A stretch of 42,120 nucleotides of DNA. It comes from Clostridia bacterium. Lineage in GTDB: Bacteria; Bacillota; Clostridia; Christensenellales; UBA1242. Both the position numbers and the translations under genes were made by a program. Positions 9,332-19,444 of this stretch are shown here, piece after piece (the stretch's first letter is position 1; each line of letters opens with the position of its first letter). The stretch spans positions 1-42,120 of the forward strand of contig JAZUCT010000042.1 in the NCBI GenBank assembly GCA_045639255.1, read 5' to 3'. Under the pieces are notes generated by a model. It ran no database searches, was not told the origin of the DNA, and saw only the letters and a list, made by a program, of their open reading frames with translations.

Positions 9332-12300
9332 TTATTCTTGTGTTGGTTCTTGCCATTCAAATCCAACAATTCCAGTTGAAAGAAGTTTCCAACAATTTTC
9401 TGCACTTAAATTAAATGAACTTAAATTTTGACTTGCAGAAATGGTTGAAATATTTTGGTTTAATTCAGAAGCAAATTGTTCTGTTTTCATGTTCGCTTCT
9501 GTTTTTTGTTCATAGTTAGAAACTTTATTTTTTCCGTTTCTTACGGCTTCATCAAGTGTTGAAGTTGAATAATAGAAATAATCAACATAGCCATTTTTTG
9601 CATTATAGCAAATGCTTGAATTATAATAATTTATTCCGTCAACGGTGTAAGCAATAACTTTGGCATAGTTATAGCAATTAATTATTTTTGCTTCATTTGT
9701 GTTGCTTGAATTGTTTAATCCTGCAATGCCAGAAGCATAAAGATTGTATGAAGTTGAATTTATTGTTGTGTTAACACATTTAATATTATTACTTAAATTA
9801 TAACAATTATAAATGATTGCTGTTCCGTTTGAAGAGTTTGAACCAACAATTCCACCTGCATAACCACTTGTTGCTGCACCATTATAAAGAATATTTGTGC
9901 CTTGAACACTTGCATTGTTTACGCATTGTTCAATTCTGCCAGCATTTAATCCGCTTATACCGCCTGAAACATTTCCATAAACATTTGCATTGTTTAATGT
10001 TATGCATTTTTTAATTGTGCCATAGTTAGCACCTGCAATTGCACCACTTGTTACATAATATCTGGTTAAAATTGTTGAATTTTCAATTATACCTTTAATT
10101 TCAACATTGCTTTCACAAAGTTCAACAATTCCGCTTATTGCGTTATATGCAACAACACCACCAATGTTAAGCGCATATGTTGACGACATATCGGCATTGG
10201 TTAAATTATAAACCTTACCACTTATGCTGCAATTTGAAATTGTTCCAAAGTTTTTACCTGCAATTCCACCTACACCTGCAAGTGAAGATATTTGCATGCT
10301 GATGTTTTCAAGTTTTAGGTTGCGAACAACACCAGTTTCACCAATTACAGAGAACAATCCAAGTTCTTGTTGCGTTGCAGAGCCTGAAACTTTAAGATTT
10401 GAAACTTTAAAGTTTTGTCCATTATAATTTCCAACAAATTCTTTTTCAACAAACATTGCATTAATTTCAGCATTGTTCATATCGATATCGTTAATTTGTT
10501 TAAAGTGTGCTTCTGGATATTTGCTTACCCTTATGAAATCTTGAACATTTGAAACTTCATATGGGTTAGATTGTGAACCATCACCTTTAACAAAGCCATC
10601 AAGAACTGTTTGAATTTCATTTGAGCCATCGCTGTATAAACCTTGTTCACTTACAGCATAAACTTTAAATTTATATATACCGCTTGCACCTAAATAGCAA
10701 ATGTTTTCTGTTAAGTTTTCATATTTTATTTCTGTTTCTTCAGAAGTTCCGCCTGGCGCTGTATAAGTTGCAATAACCACATAGCATTCTGCTTTTTCAT
10801 CTTCATTCCAAGTTACAACGCCAAATTCATCAACTGTAACATTTGTTGGTTTTTCTGGTTTAACTGCACTTATTATTGAAGTATAACTTGAATTTAACAA
10901 TTCTGTTCCATCTTCTGCGATTTTACCTTGTGCTTTAACTTTTATATCATAAGTTCCAGATTTAAATGAAGTGTTAACAACTGCTGATTGTTCGTTTACA
11001 ACAAAACAATTTTCTTCACCATTTGATGTTATGCTTACAACAAATGAATAACCACTGTTATAATCCCAATTTAATTTTCCATCTTTAATTTTAAAATTGG
11101 TTGGAGTGCTTAATTTTTCATATTCAACTTGGCTTGAATTATCACCACTTATATAATTTGAAGTTGAAGTTGATGTTGAATTTGTTCCTATTGCTTTAAT
11201 TTTTATTTTAAGTTTTCCGCTTGGAATTGAAGATGAAACAAATTCATATGTTTCTTGGTTAACTTCGGTTATTATTTCTTTGTTAATTCCTTCAATTGAA
11301 ATAATATATCCATTATTATTTGGAACTCTGTTCCATTTAATAACACCACAATCATTAATTTCAGTTCCATAACTTGCGTGAACATTAACAACTTTTTCAA
11401 GTTTAACTGCGGTTAAGGCACTTGTATAGTTGGAATTTAAAATTCTTCTGCCATCTGCAAGATTTTGACCAATTGATTTAAGTTTTATTACTTTTTTGCC
11501 GGCTGAAATTTCTTCGCCAAAAGTATATGAAGATTTGGTTGTTGTTTGTTCAATTTCTTCTTCAAAATTAATTTGATTAATTTTTAGTGAATAACCGCTT
11601 GCAATTTCAATTGGAAGCCATGTTAAAACACCATTTTCAAGTTTAAATTCATTTACTGGTGCAAGTTTAATAACTTCCATTGTTGCACCAATAACTTCAA
11701 CTGATGTGCCACCTGTTAGAACTGTTGCACCTGTTTCACCTGTGATATATTTTGTATCATCACCTATTGCTTGAATTGAAATTTGGTGATTTCCTGATGA
11801 AACTTCTTCTGGCAATTCATATTTAATAACACTTGTGGTTTCTTTTTTGGTTCTGCCACATTCTTTGCCATCAACATAAATTGCATATTCATAAGCGCCT
11901 TGAAGTTCGTTAAACACAATAACACCTGCTTCTGTGCTTAAACCAGATGGTATGCCAAGTTTTTCAACATCAATAACATTTGATTTTTGGCTGGAAACAA
12001 ATTTTGTTTCGTCGCCAATTGCTTTAACTGAAATTTGATAATATCCTTGTTGGAAATCAGTGTTTAAAATATAAGAGTTGTTTTGAATGTTTGTTTTTTC
12101 TTCACTTGAAACAAGTTCGGCATTATGTTTTCCATAATAGTTAATATAAACATTATAAGATTGAACACCTGTAACTGAACTCCAAGTTAAAACACCTTTG
12201 TTTAGATAAACATTTTCTGGGCAAGCCATTATTGTTGTTGAACAACCAAGTGTTTGACTTGATGAGATATATTTTGTGCTGTCGCCTACTGCTTGTGCTT

Positions 12301-15300
12301 TAAAGGTGTAGTAACCACTTTCATATTCGCTTATATCAACTGCTATGCCCTGAGCATATAATTCTTGAAGATATTCATCTTCACCAGCTTTTTCGTTGTT
12401 ATGTTCTTTTGTTATTTTTAATGCACTTGAATATGCAGGCATATCACAATATAATGTTGCTTTGTTTGTTATTGCATCTTTTTTAATGTGAATGTTGCTT
12501 GGGGTTTCAAGTTTAACAACTTCAAATGTTAATGAAACATCGCTTGAAAGATATTTGGTGCTGTCACCAAGTGCATAAACTTTTATGTTATGTGTTCCAT
12601 AAGGAATGCCTTCTTGCAAAGTTTCAATTTCTTCTGCTTTTATGTTTGAAAGTTTTCCGTCAATATACAATCCATAAACAGTTGCATTGTTAACTTTATC
12701 CCATTTTATTTCGCCATCAACAACTTTAAGATTTGATGGTTTTGCCAATATGCACGCTGTAACTTGTTCACCTTCATTAATAAAACTGCTTGAAATTGTT
12801 GAAGTTCCATTTCCAATTGATTGAATTGAAATTAAATAATCTTTTTCTTCTTCAAGGTCGGTATATCCTGCAAGAGAAATGCTTGTTACATTTCCAACTT
12901 CCATTTCTTTTGCAAGTTGTTTGTTTTCAGCATTGAAAATTTGAAGTTTATAGCCACTTACATTTGAAGCCCCATTCCAAATTATTTTACCAGAATCCAC
13001 CTTAAAATTGGTTGGTGCATTTAAAATTGTTGTAGAAACATTTTGTTTAACACCGCTTAAAGTGTTAATGCTGTTTCCTTGTGCCCTTACAATAAAGGTA
13101 TAAACACCGCCTGGCAAGTTTTCACCCATAAAGTTTGGTAGGCTATAAGATGTTTGCATTGTTTCTTTTTCTTCAATGCTTATAACTGAACCATTGTCGG
13201 TTTTTCCTGAACATTCAATTAAAACATTTCCATCATTTTTGTTTTGGAATGATAAAATGTTTTCGCTTATTTTAAGATTTTCAATTTTTGAACAAACATT
13301 AAAGATTTCTTCTTGTGAAAAATCGCTTGATATATATTCATCGGTGCCTTGTGCTTTTATTTTTATTGTTAATGAATTGTTTGCGTTTTCAAACTTGAAA
13401 TCGTGAATATATAATGTTGGATTTGCAGAATTATCCACCATTAAATTTTCTTTGTTTAAATATGATGTTTGACCATTTACATTAAGTTCATAAACAGAAA
13501 CATTGTTATTATATGTAAAAGCAAAGTTACCAAAATGTGCTTTTAATGTTTCTGGGGTTTTAAATTTTTTAAAATCAACATTAGCAGAATAATCTGAATT
13601 AATGTTTTCTGCGCTTGAAAGTGCTTGAACTTGAACAGAATAGGTTTCGTCTGCATACTGGATTGAACTTAAATCAAGAACAACCATGTTTCCATCAGTT
13701 TCCAAACTGTTAAATTCATAAACAACTTGGTTTAACTTAACATTATAGCCAAAAGCGTTTCTAACTGCTTTCCATTTAATTAAACCATCTTCAAGAATTG
13801 GTGCTGATGGCAAATCAAGTTTAGTTGTGTTTACTGCCTGTGAGAATGAACTGTTTAAAAATTCTGTTCCATTGCCAACTGCTTGAACTTTAATGTTATA
13901 GTTTCCGCTTTCCAAAGCAACATCAAGGCTTGCAACATTGTTTGAGATTAGGTTGCTTGAAATTGATTTTTTAACTCCGTTGATATCAAGTATGTAACTT
14001 GATGCATTTTCAACAGCATTATAAGTTATTTTTCCATTTAAAATTTGTAAGTTTTCTGGCACTGGAAGTTTTGTTAATGTTTTGCTTTCTGTGAAGTTTG
14101 ACATTACATATTGATTGCCTGTGCCAACACTTGCAATTTTTATTTCATATTCACCCGCTTCAAACTCTTCACCAAAATAGAAACTTGAAACTGTGCCAAG
14201 ATTATAAATATTGTTGTTAATTGAAATTAAATATCCACCAGCATTTGTAACTTTATTCCAACTTATTGTGTTGTTTGAAACTGTGAAGTTAGGAATTTCT
14301 GCAAGTTTTATAAAACTTAAAGTTGTTTGTGAAAAATCACTTGCAATAAAGTTATTAATTGCGCCAACCGCTTGAATGGTTAACGAGTGTTCACCAGCAT
14401 TAACTTCTTCTGGAATTTTAAATGTTGTGCTGGAAGTTGAATATATTTCATTTCCAATTTTTACGTTATAAGTGTTCGCATAAGGCACTTCATTAAACAT
14501 AACAATGCCTTGTGAAATTAAAATTGATGTTGGTGCACTTAACACTTGAACCTGATAAGCATTTGAAAGTTTGCTTTGGAAAGTTGTTTCGTTATCACCA
14601 TTTGCAATTATTGATATGCTGTGAGCATTTCCATCGTTAACAAGATTTTGCTGAATTGTGAAGTTTGTGTTTGTTATGCTTTCAGAATTAACTTTAACAT
14701 TATCAACAAAAACTTCATAACTGACTGCCCCAACAACAGCATTCCAAGTTAAATTGTAGTTATTGTTTGAAACTGCGTCTGGGTTGGCAAGTTGTTTAAA
14801 TGTATAAACTGCACTTTCGTTGCTTGAAGAATATGCATTGCCCAAACTGTTTGCAATTATTTGAATTTTATTGGTTACACCGCTTTCAAAATCTGCAAAC
14901 TCGGTAACAACTGTTTCAGAGTGAATGCCATTGTTTAAAATAACTGTGTAATAATTTGCGTTAGCAACTGCATCCCAAACAACTTTGCCATTTTCAAACC
15001 TTAAATTTTCAACGGTTGAAAGTTTGCTGGTTTCACTTACAACTTCAACAACGGCAGATGTTGAAAAATTGCCATCTTTTGTGGTTACGGTTATATGCGC
15101 AACACCTTCACTTTTTGCGTGAATTTTGTTGTTAACAATTTCAATTATTTCTGAGTTATCAACTTCAAAACTAACAGCCCTGTTTTTTGCGTTATATGGA
15201 AGAACTGTTGCAACAAGTTTTGAGTTATTTGCCACAACATTTGCAAAAACTTCATAATCTGTTGAACCTTCAACAAGTGTTATTTTTTGCTGGTTAAACG

Positions 15301-15394
15301 AAACACTTTGAACTTTAACTTCGTTACAACCATAAAAACATATTGAAGTTGCGAACAAACAAATTAATAACATAAATATCTTTAATTTTTTCAT
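9332..15394 (-). CDS. Giant lipoprotein (~2020 aa): Ig-like (Big_2) domain, ~17 FN3-like repeats, C-terminal GLUG-motif beta-helix-like region; putative adhesin
   Basis: MKKLK...SICFYGC lipobox; ATVLPYNAKNRAVSF...G.AHITVTTKDG (Big_2); repeats KL..P.Nl....g.i.W..V.NA..Y...i.VqA.Gdg..Y..S..S; GDGSQSNPYEVSN then GLF, VGGIAG, IGGVVA, GGIVG motifs. Start set at ATG 15394. Confidence 0.75.
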   Translation of the reverse strand: MKKLKIFMLLICLFATSICFYGCNEVKVQSVSFNQQKITLVEGSTDYEVFANVVANNSKLVATVLPYNAKNRAVSFEVDNSEIIEIVNNKIHAKSEGVAHITVTTKDGNFSTSAVVEVVSETSKLSTVENLRFENGKVVWDAVANANYYTVILNNGIHSETVVTEFADFESGVTNKIQIIANSLGNAYSSSNESAVYTFKQLANPDAVSNNNYNLTWNAVVGAVSYEVFVDNVKVNSESITNTNFTIQQNLVNDGNAHSISIIANGDNETTFQSKLSNAYQVQVLSAPTSILISQGIVMFNEVPYANTYNVKIGNEIYSTSSTTFKIPEEVNAGEHSLTIQAVGAINNFIASDFSQTTLSFIKLAEIPNFTVSNNTISWNKVTNAGGYLISINNNIYNLGTVSSFYFGEEFEAGEYEIKIASVGTGNQYVMSNFTESKTLTKLPVPENLQILNGKITYNAVENASSYILDINGVKKSISSNLISNNVASLDVALESGNYNIKVQAVGNGTEFLNSSFSQAVNTTKLDLPSAPILEDGLIKWKAVRNAFGYNVKLNQVVYEFNSLETDGNMVVLDLSSIQYADETYSVQVQALSSAENINSDYSANVDFKKFKTPETLKAHFGNFAFTYNNNVSVYELNVNGQTSYLNKENLMVDNSANPTLYIHDFKFENANNSLTIKIKAQGTDEYISSDFSQEEIFNVCSKIENLKISENILSFQNKNDGNVLIECSGKTDNGSVISIEEKETMQTSYSLPNFMGENLPGGVYTFIVRAQGNSINTLSGVKQNVSTTILNAPTNFKVDSGKIIWNGASNVSGYKLQIFNAENKQLAKEMEVGNVTSISLAGYTDLEEEKDYLISIQSIGNGTSTISSSFINEGEQVTACILAKPSNLKVVDGEIKWDKVNNATVYGLYIDGKLSNIKAEEIETLQEGIPYGTHNIKVYALGDSTKYLSSDVSLTFEVVKLETPSNIHIKKDAITNKATLYCDMPAYSSALKITKEHNNEKAGEDEYLQELYAQGIAVDISEYESGYYTFKAQAVGDSTKYISSSQTLGCSTTIMACPENVYLNKGVLTWSSVTGVQSYNVYINYYGKHNAELVSSEEKTNIQNNSYILNTDFQQGYYQISVKAIGDETKFVSSQKSNVIDVEKLGIPSGLSTEAGVIVFNELQGAYEYAIYVDGKECGRTKKETTSVIKYELPEEVSSGNHQISIQAIGDDTKYITGETGATVLTGGTSVEVIGATMEVIKLAPVNEFKLENGVLTWLPIEIASGYSLKINQINFEEEIEQTTTKSSYTFGEEISAGKKVIKLKSIGQNLADGRRILNSNYTSALTAVKLEKVVNVHASYGTEINDCGVIKWNRVPNNNGYIISIEGINKEIITEVNQETYEFVSSSIPSGKLKIKIKAIGTNSTSTSTSNYISGDNSSQVEYEKLSTPTNFKIKDGKLNWDYNSGYSFVVSITSNGEENCFVVNEQSAVVNTSFKSGTYDIKVKAQGKIAEDGTELLNSSYTSIISAVKPEKPTNVTVDEFGVVTWNEDEKAECYVVIATYTAPGGTSEETEIKYENLTENICYLGASGIYKFKVYAVSEQGLYSDGSNEIQTVLDGFVKGDGSQSNPYEVSNVQDFIRVSKYPEAHFKQINDIDMNNAEINAMFVEKEFVGNYNGQNFKVSNLKVSGSATQQELGLFSVIGETGVVRNLKLENISMQISSLAGVGGIAGKNFGTISNCSISGKVYNLTNADMSSTYALNIGGVVAYNAISGIVELCESNVEIKGIIENSTILTRYYVTSGAIAGANYGTIKKCITLNNANVYGNVSGGISGLNAGRIEQCVNNASVQGTNILYNGAATSGYAGGIVGSNSSNGTAIIYNCYNLSNNIKCVNTTINSTSYNLYASGIAGLNNSSNTNEAKIINCYNYAKVIAYTVDGINYYNSSICYNAKNGYVDYFYYSTSTLDEAVRNGKNKVSNYEQKTEANMKTEQFASELNQNISTISASQNLSSFNLSAENCWKLLSTGIVGFEWQEPTQE

Positions 15395-15540
15395 GGGCAA
15401 ATTTCTCTTTTTATAATTTTCAATTATTATAATAACACATTTACTAAAAATTTTACAAATATTTTGCTAACAATATATTGATAGTATGAACTTTTTTGGT
15501 GAATTTATATATTTTTATTAAAATATATTTAATTAAGATA

Positions 15541-15569
15541 TTTACAAAAATCCAACAATGATATATAAT
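15541..15569 (+). promoter_or_regulatory. SigA-type promoter of tilS
   Basis: TTTACA-17 nt-TATAAT. Confidence 0.65.
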
Positions 15570-15597
15570 ATAACAAAATAATTTTTAGAGGGTTAAA

Positions 15598-16929
15598 ATG
15601 AATTCAGTTATTAAAACAATAAAAAAACATTCTCTTATTAATGCAGGCGAAATTATTGGTGTTGCTTGCAGTGGTGGTGCTGATAGCATGAGTTTGCTTC
15701 ACTTTTTAAGTGAAAATAAAGAAGAATATGATATTGAAGTGGTTGCAATTAACATTAATCACAATATTCGTGATAACAGCAGTGCTGACAGCGCTTTTGT
15801 AAGTGAATATTGCAAACAACATCACATTAAATGCTATAAATTTAATATTGATGTGTTTAAATTAATGCAAGAAAAAAATCTTACACTTGAAGAGGCTGCA
15901 AGAGTTGCCAGATACACCATGTTCGACAGCCTTCTTTCAAGGGGTATTATTGATAAAATTGCACTTGGTCACCATATTTCTGACCAAGTTGAAACTGTGC
16001 TTTTAAATATTTTCCGTGGAACTGGCCTAAATGGTGCAAGTGGAATTAATTTTGTGCGTGGAAAATATATTCGACCACTTCTTGACACAACTAAGCAAGA
16101 AATTTTGGCATATATTCACGAAAATGAACTTACTTATGTTGACGATGAAACAAATTTCGATAACGAAGCAAACAGGAACTATTTAAGAAACACTTTAATG
16201 CCATTAATAAGAAAAAGATGGCCAAATGTTGAACAAAACATTCTTTCATTTGCAAAAATTTGTAAGAATGACGATGAATATATTAAAAGTCAAATGCATT
16301 TTGATGGAATAATTCAAGATAAAAACAACATTAAAATCCCACTTTCTTATTTTATTTATTCCAACAGTTTGGTTTCAAGGCTGATTATGAATTGCTTTGA
16401 AGAACTTGGCGTTCAAAAAGATATGGAAAGAAAACATATTGCATTGATTTATGACCTTGCCGTGAATGGTGAAAACGGAAGCAAATTAAGTTTGCCAAAC
16501 AATGTTACAGTTCATAAAGAATATGATTTTTTAACAATTGTTAAAAAGATTGTTGTTGTTAAAAATAACGAATGGAAATTTAAATGTGGCAAAACATCAA
16601 TTCCAAATGTTGGCACAATAACTGTTAAAAAGTTAAGCCAACCTGAATTAATTGAAAATCAATTGGTTATTGATTTTAATAAGTTGCCTAAGAAAGCAAT
16701 TTGGCGATTCAGACAAGATGGCGATGTTTTTACTAAGTTTGGCGGTGGAACAAAAAAATTAAAATCTGTTATGGCAGATAAAAAAATTCCATTAAGGCTT
16801 AGAAACTTAATTCCAGTTCTTGCTGTTGAAAATGAAGTGTTTGTTATTGCCGGTGTTGAAATTTCAGATAAAGTTAAAATTGATGCAACTTCAAAGATTG
16901 CTTATGCAATTAATTTTGAAGAAAAATAA
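15598..16929 (+). CDS. tilS: tRNA(Ile)-lysidine synthetase
   Basis: SGGADS PP-loop, NHNIR, EEAARVARY, HHISDQVET, RPLL, RNYLR, C-terminal RFRQDGD..KKLK. Confidence 0.95.
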   Translation: MNSVIKTIKKHSLINAGEIIGVACSGGADSMSLLHFLSENKEEYDIEVVAININHNIRDNSSADSAFVSEYCKQHHIKCYKFNIDVFKLMQEKNLTLEEAARVARYTMFDSLLSRGIIDKIALGHHISDQVETVLLNIFRGTGLNGASGINFVRGKYIRPLLDTTKQEILAYIHENELTYVDDETNFDNEANRNYLRNTLMPLIRKRWPNVEQNILSFAKICKNDDEYIKSQMHFDGIIQDKNNIKIPLSYFIYSNSLVSRLIMNCFEELGVQKDMERKHIALIYDLAVNGENGSKLSLPNNVTVHKEYDFLTIVKKIVVVKNNEWKFKCGKTSIPNVGTITVKKLSQPELIENQLVIDFNKLPKKAIWRFRQDGDVFTKFGGGTKKLKSVMADKKIPLRLRNLIPVLAVENEVFVIAGVEISDKVKIDATSKIAYAINFEEK

Positions 16930-16939
16930 AAAAACCCCC

Positions 16940-16968
16940 TTTACAAACATATTAAAATGTGTTAAACT
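16940..16968 (+). promoter_or_regulatory. SigA-type promoter with extended -10
   Basis: TTTACA-17 nt (ending TGT)-TAAACT. Confidence 0.55.
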
Positions 16969-16995
16969 TACCAAGAAAAATGTTAGAGGTGAATT

Positions 16996-17352
16996 ATGAG
17001 TTCAGTTAAATTCTTTATTAAGAACAATGAAAATCAAAAAACAGACTTATATGCTATTTTAAAATATATGGTTGAAAATCTTCAAAAATCCAACATAACT
17101 GTTGAATATTCAACTGCTTTAAGAACAATTGCAGAAACTTTATCTGCAAATAAAGAAACTCTTAATGGCAAAACTGGTTATTTCTTTGATTATGATAAAT
17201 TTTTATCAACCCTTGAAAAAATTAAAACTGATAAACAAGCAAATGAATTATTAGATGAACTTGTTAACAGTATTGATGAAGTTAAGTTAATTGAAAGTAA
17301 AAAAATGAAAGTTTATAACAAACTTAATGAAGTTGAAAATGAAAAAATTTAA
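16996..17352 (+). CDS. Hypothetical protein (118 aa, helical, cytoplasmic)
   Basis: SD GAGGTG, own promoter and terminator, host-like codon usage; no recognised motif. Confidence 0.7.
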   Translation: MSSVKFFIKNNENQKTDLYAILKYMVENLQKSNITVEYSTALRTIAETLSANKETLNGKTGYFFDYDKFLSTLEKIKTDKQANELLDELVNSIDEVKLIESKKMKVYNKLNEVENEKI

Positions 17353-17378
17353 AAAAAGGCAATTATCTGCCTTTTTTT
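17351..17378. terminator. Bidirectional intrinsic terminator overlapping the helicase 3' end
   Basis: aaaaaaaggca-attatc-tgccttttttt. Confidence 0.75.
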
Positions 17379-18721
17379 GTTTGCTTTTTTTGTTGTTTAT
17401 TTCTTTTAAAGTTTTTTGCTTTAACAAAATTTTTTTCTTGCGCTTCGTATTGGCTTATTCGTTCACTTACACCACCAAATCTTGCACTTATTTTTTGTGC
17501 CTTTTGCTTAGCATAACTTCTTTTTTTATTATTTAATATTTTTAAATTTGTTTGTGATTTTAAGTAAGTTTTTTTTGCTGTTTTTGTGTTATAAAAATAA
17601 AAATTAAGTTCACCTAAATCTGCTTTTTCAATTTCAGAATTTGTTTTTTCTTGAACTTCATTAAGCAATGCCATATCATCTTGTGTGCTAACAAGGGTTA
17701 TTGCCCTGCCTTCTTTTCCTGCCCTTGCAGTTCTGCCAATTCTGTGCAAGAAAAATTCAAGTGTTTGTGGCATATCGAAATTAATAACATAATCCACATC
17801 TTTTATATCAATTCCCCTGCTGGCAATATCGGTTGCAACAAGCACTGCAATTTTGCCTTCCCTAACTTCACGCATAACGCGAGTTCGTTCAAACTGACTC
17901 ATATCGCCGTGCAATACTTTTGCTGAAATTTTGTTTTTTGAAAGGAAGTTTGCCACACTGGAACTCATTGCTTTTGTGTTGCAAAAAACAATGGAAAGAT
18001 AAGGATTTCGTTGTGTTAAAATTTTAAGAACAGCATCTTTCTTATTATCTTTTTTTACAATTGCAAATTCTTGCGTTATATTGGAAAGACTTTGATTTTC
18101 AATGCCAATTTCAATTTTTTGTGGATTATTTAAGATGTTATTTGCCAATTCTTTTATGTTCTCAGGGTAAGTTGCGCTGAACAACATTGTTTGCCTTAAT
18201 TTTTGCATACCTTTAAGAATTTTTTCAATATCTTGTTTAAAACCCATATCTAACATTTCATCAGCTTCATCAAGCACAACAGTTTTAATTGTGTGAAGTT
18301 TTAAACTTCGCCTTGAAATGTGATCCAAAATTCTGCCCGGAGTGCCTACAACAATTTTTGTTGTTTCGCTTTTAAGTGCTTTAATTTGCCTGCCCATATC
18401 AGCACCACCATAGATTGCAACAACACTTTCAGAATGCAAATATTTTGTTAACTTTTCAAGTTCTTTTGCAACCTGCATTGCAAGTTCACGAGTTGGGCAA
18501 ATAACCAAACTTTGAACGCCTTTTATTTCCAGCAAATTGTTAACAAGTGCAATTCCAAAAGCCAAAGTTTTTCCGCTTCCTGTTTCGCTTCGCACAAATA
18601 AATCTGTGCCCATTAATGCAAGTGGCGTTGCTTTTTGTTGAACTTCGGTTAATGTTTCAAGCCCCATATCTGCTATTGCATTTTTTATTTCAGGCTTGAT
18701 GTTTAATTCTTCAAACTTCAT
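17363..18721 (-). CDS. DEAD-box RNA helicase (CshA/DeaD-like) with basic C-terminal tail
   Basis: Q motif, SETGSGKT, PTRELA, TPGR, DEAD, SAT, SRGID, HRIGRTARAG. Confidence 0.95.
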   Translation of the reverse strand: MKFEELNIKPEIKNAIADMGLETLTEVQQKATPLALMGTDLFVRSETGSGKTLAFGIALVNNLLEIKGVQSLVICPTRELAMQVAKELEKLTKYLHSESVVAIYGGADMGRQIKALKSETTKIVVGTPGRILDHISRRSLKLHTIKTVVLDEADEMLDMGFKQDIEKILKGMQKLRQTMLFSATYPENIKELANNILNNPQKIEIGIENQSLSNITQEFAIVKKDNKKDAVLKILTQRNPYLSIVFCNTKAMSSSVANFLSKNKISAKVLHGDMSQFERTRVMREVREGKIAVLVATDIASRGIDIKDVDYVINFDMPQTLEFFLHRIGRTARAGKEGRAITLVSTQDDMALLNEVQEKTNSEIEKADLGELNFYFYNTKTAKKTYLKSQTNLKILNNKKRSYAKQKAQKISARFGGVSERISQYEAQEKNFVKAKNFKRNKQQKKQTKKGR

Positions 18722-18732
18722 AAAATTTCCTT

Positions 18733-18765
18733 AAAAAACAAAAGGTGCTTTTTTGCACCTTTTTT
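18733..18765 (-). terminator. Terminator-like hairpin inside the 5' leader of the DEAD-box gene (candidate attenuator)
   Basis: Minus strand AAAAGGTGC-AAAAAA-GCACCTTTT-GTTTTTT directly before the SD AAGGA; no gene ends here on either strand. Confidence 0.55.
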
Positions 18766-18778
18766 AATCTCTGTTATT

Positions 18779-18808
18779 ATTATAACATAAATATATTTTA
18801 TGTGTCAA
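18779..18808 (-). promoter_or_regulatory. Near-consensus SigA promoter of the DEAD-box gene
   Basis: TTGACA-18 nt (ending TGT)-TATAAT. Confidence 0.75.
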
Positions 18809-18878
18809 ACTAACTTGGCATAATTTTGTTTGTTATGTTTTCTGTTTTTATGTTATAATAAATTTAGGAGATAATTAT

Positions 18879-19409
18879 ATGAATATTTGGCATGATATAA
18901 ATTCAAACAGAATTAACAGCGAAGATTTTATTGCTGTTATTGAAATTCCAAAAGGTTGCAAGAAAAAATATGAAATGGATAAGGAAACTGGGCTTATTAT
19001 GTTGGACAGGGTTCTTTCCACTTCAACACAATATCCATCAAACTATGGTTTTATTCCAAAAACACTTAGTGGCGATGGCGACCCACTTGATGTGCTTGTG
19101 TTAAGCAGTGAAACGCTTGAACCTTTAACTTTGGTGCGTTGCTATCCAATTGGAATGGTTACAATGTTGGATAATGGAAATAAAGATGAAAAAATTATTG
19201 CAATTCCGTTTGGCGACCCTTATTATAATGAATATAAAACCATTGATGATTTGCCAAACCACATAAGTGATGAAATGCTTCACTTCTTTAATGTTTATAA
19301 AGCGTTGGAAAAAGATGTTACAACAGTGAAAGATATGGACGGAAAACAGGAAGCAATTAAAACAATTAACGAAGCAAAACAAAGATATGTTGAATTTTTT
19401 AACAAATAA
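18879..19409 (+). CDS. ppa: Family I soluble inorganic pyrophosphatase
   Basis: EIPKG..KYE.DK, LDR, YPSNYGFIPKTLSGDGDPLDVLV, D.KII, FFNVYKALE. Confidence 0.95.
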   Translation: MNIWHDINSNRINSEDFIAVIEIPKGCKKKYEMDKETGLIMLDRVLSTSTQYPSNYGFIPKTLSGDGDPLDVLVLSSETLEPLTLVRCYPIGMVTMLDNGNKDEKIIAIPFGDPYYNEYKTIDDLPNHISDEMLHFFNVYKALEKDVTTVKDMDGKQEAIKTINEAKQRYVEFFNK

Positions 19410-19416
19410 TTAAAAT

Positions 19417-19444
19417 AAAAAGTTGCCGTTTGGCAACTTTTTTT
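19417..19444. terminator. Bidirectional terminator between ppa and valS
   Basis: aaaaagttgcc-gttt-ggcaacttttttt. Confidence 0.85.
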
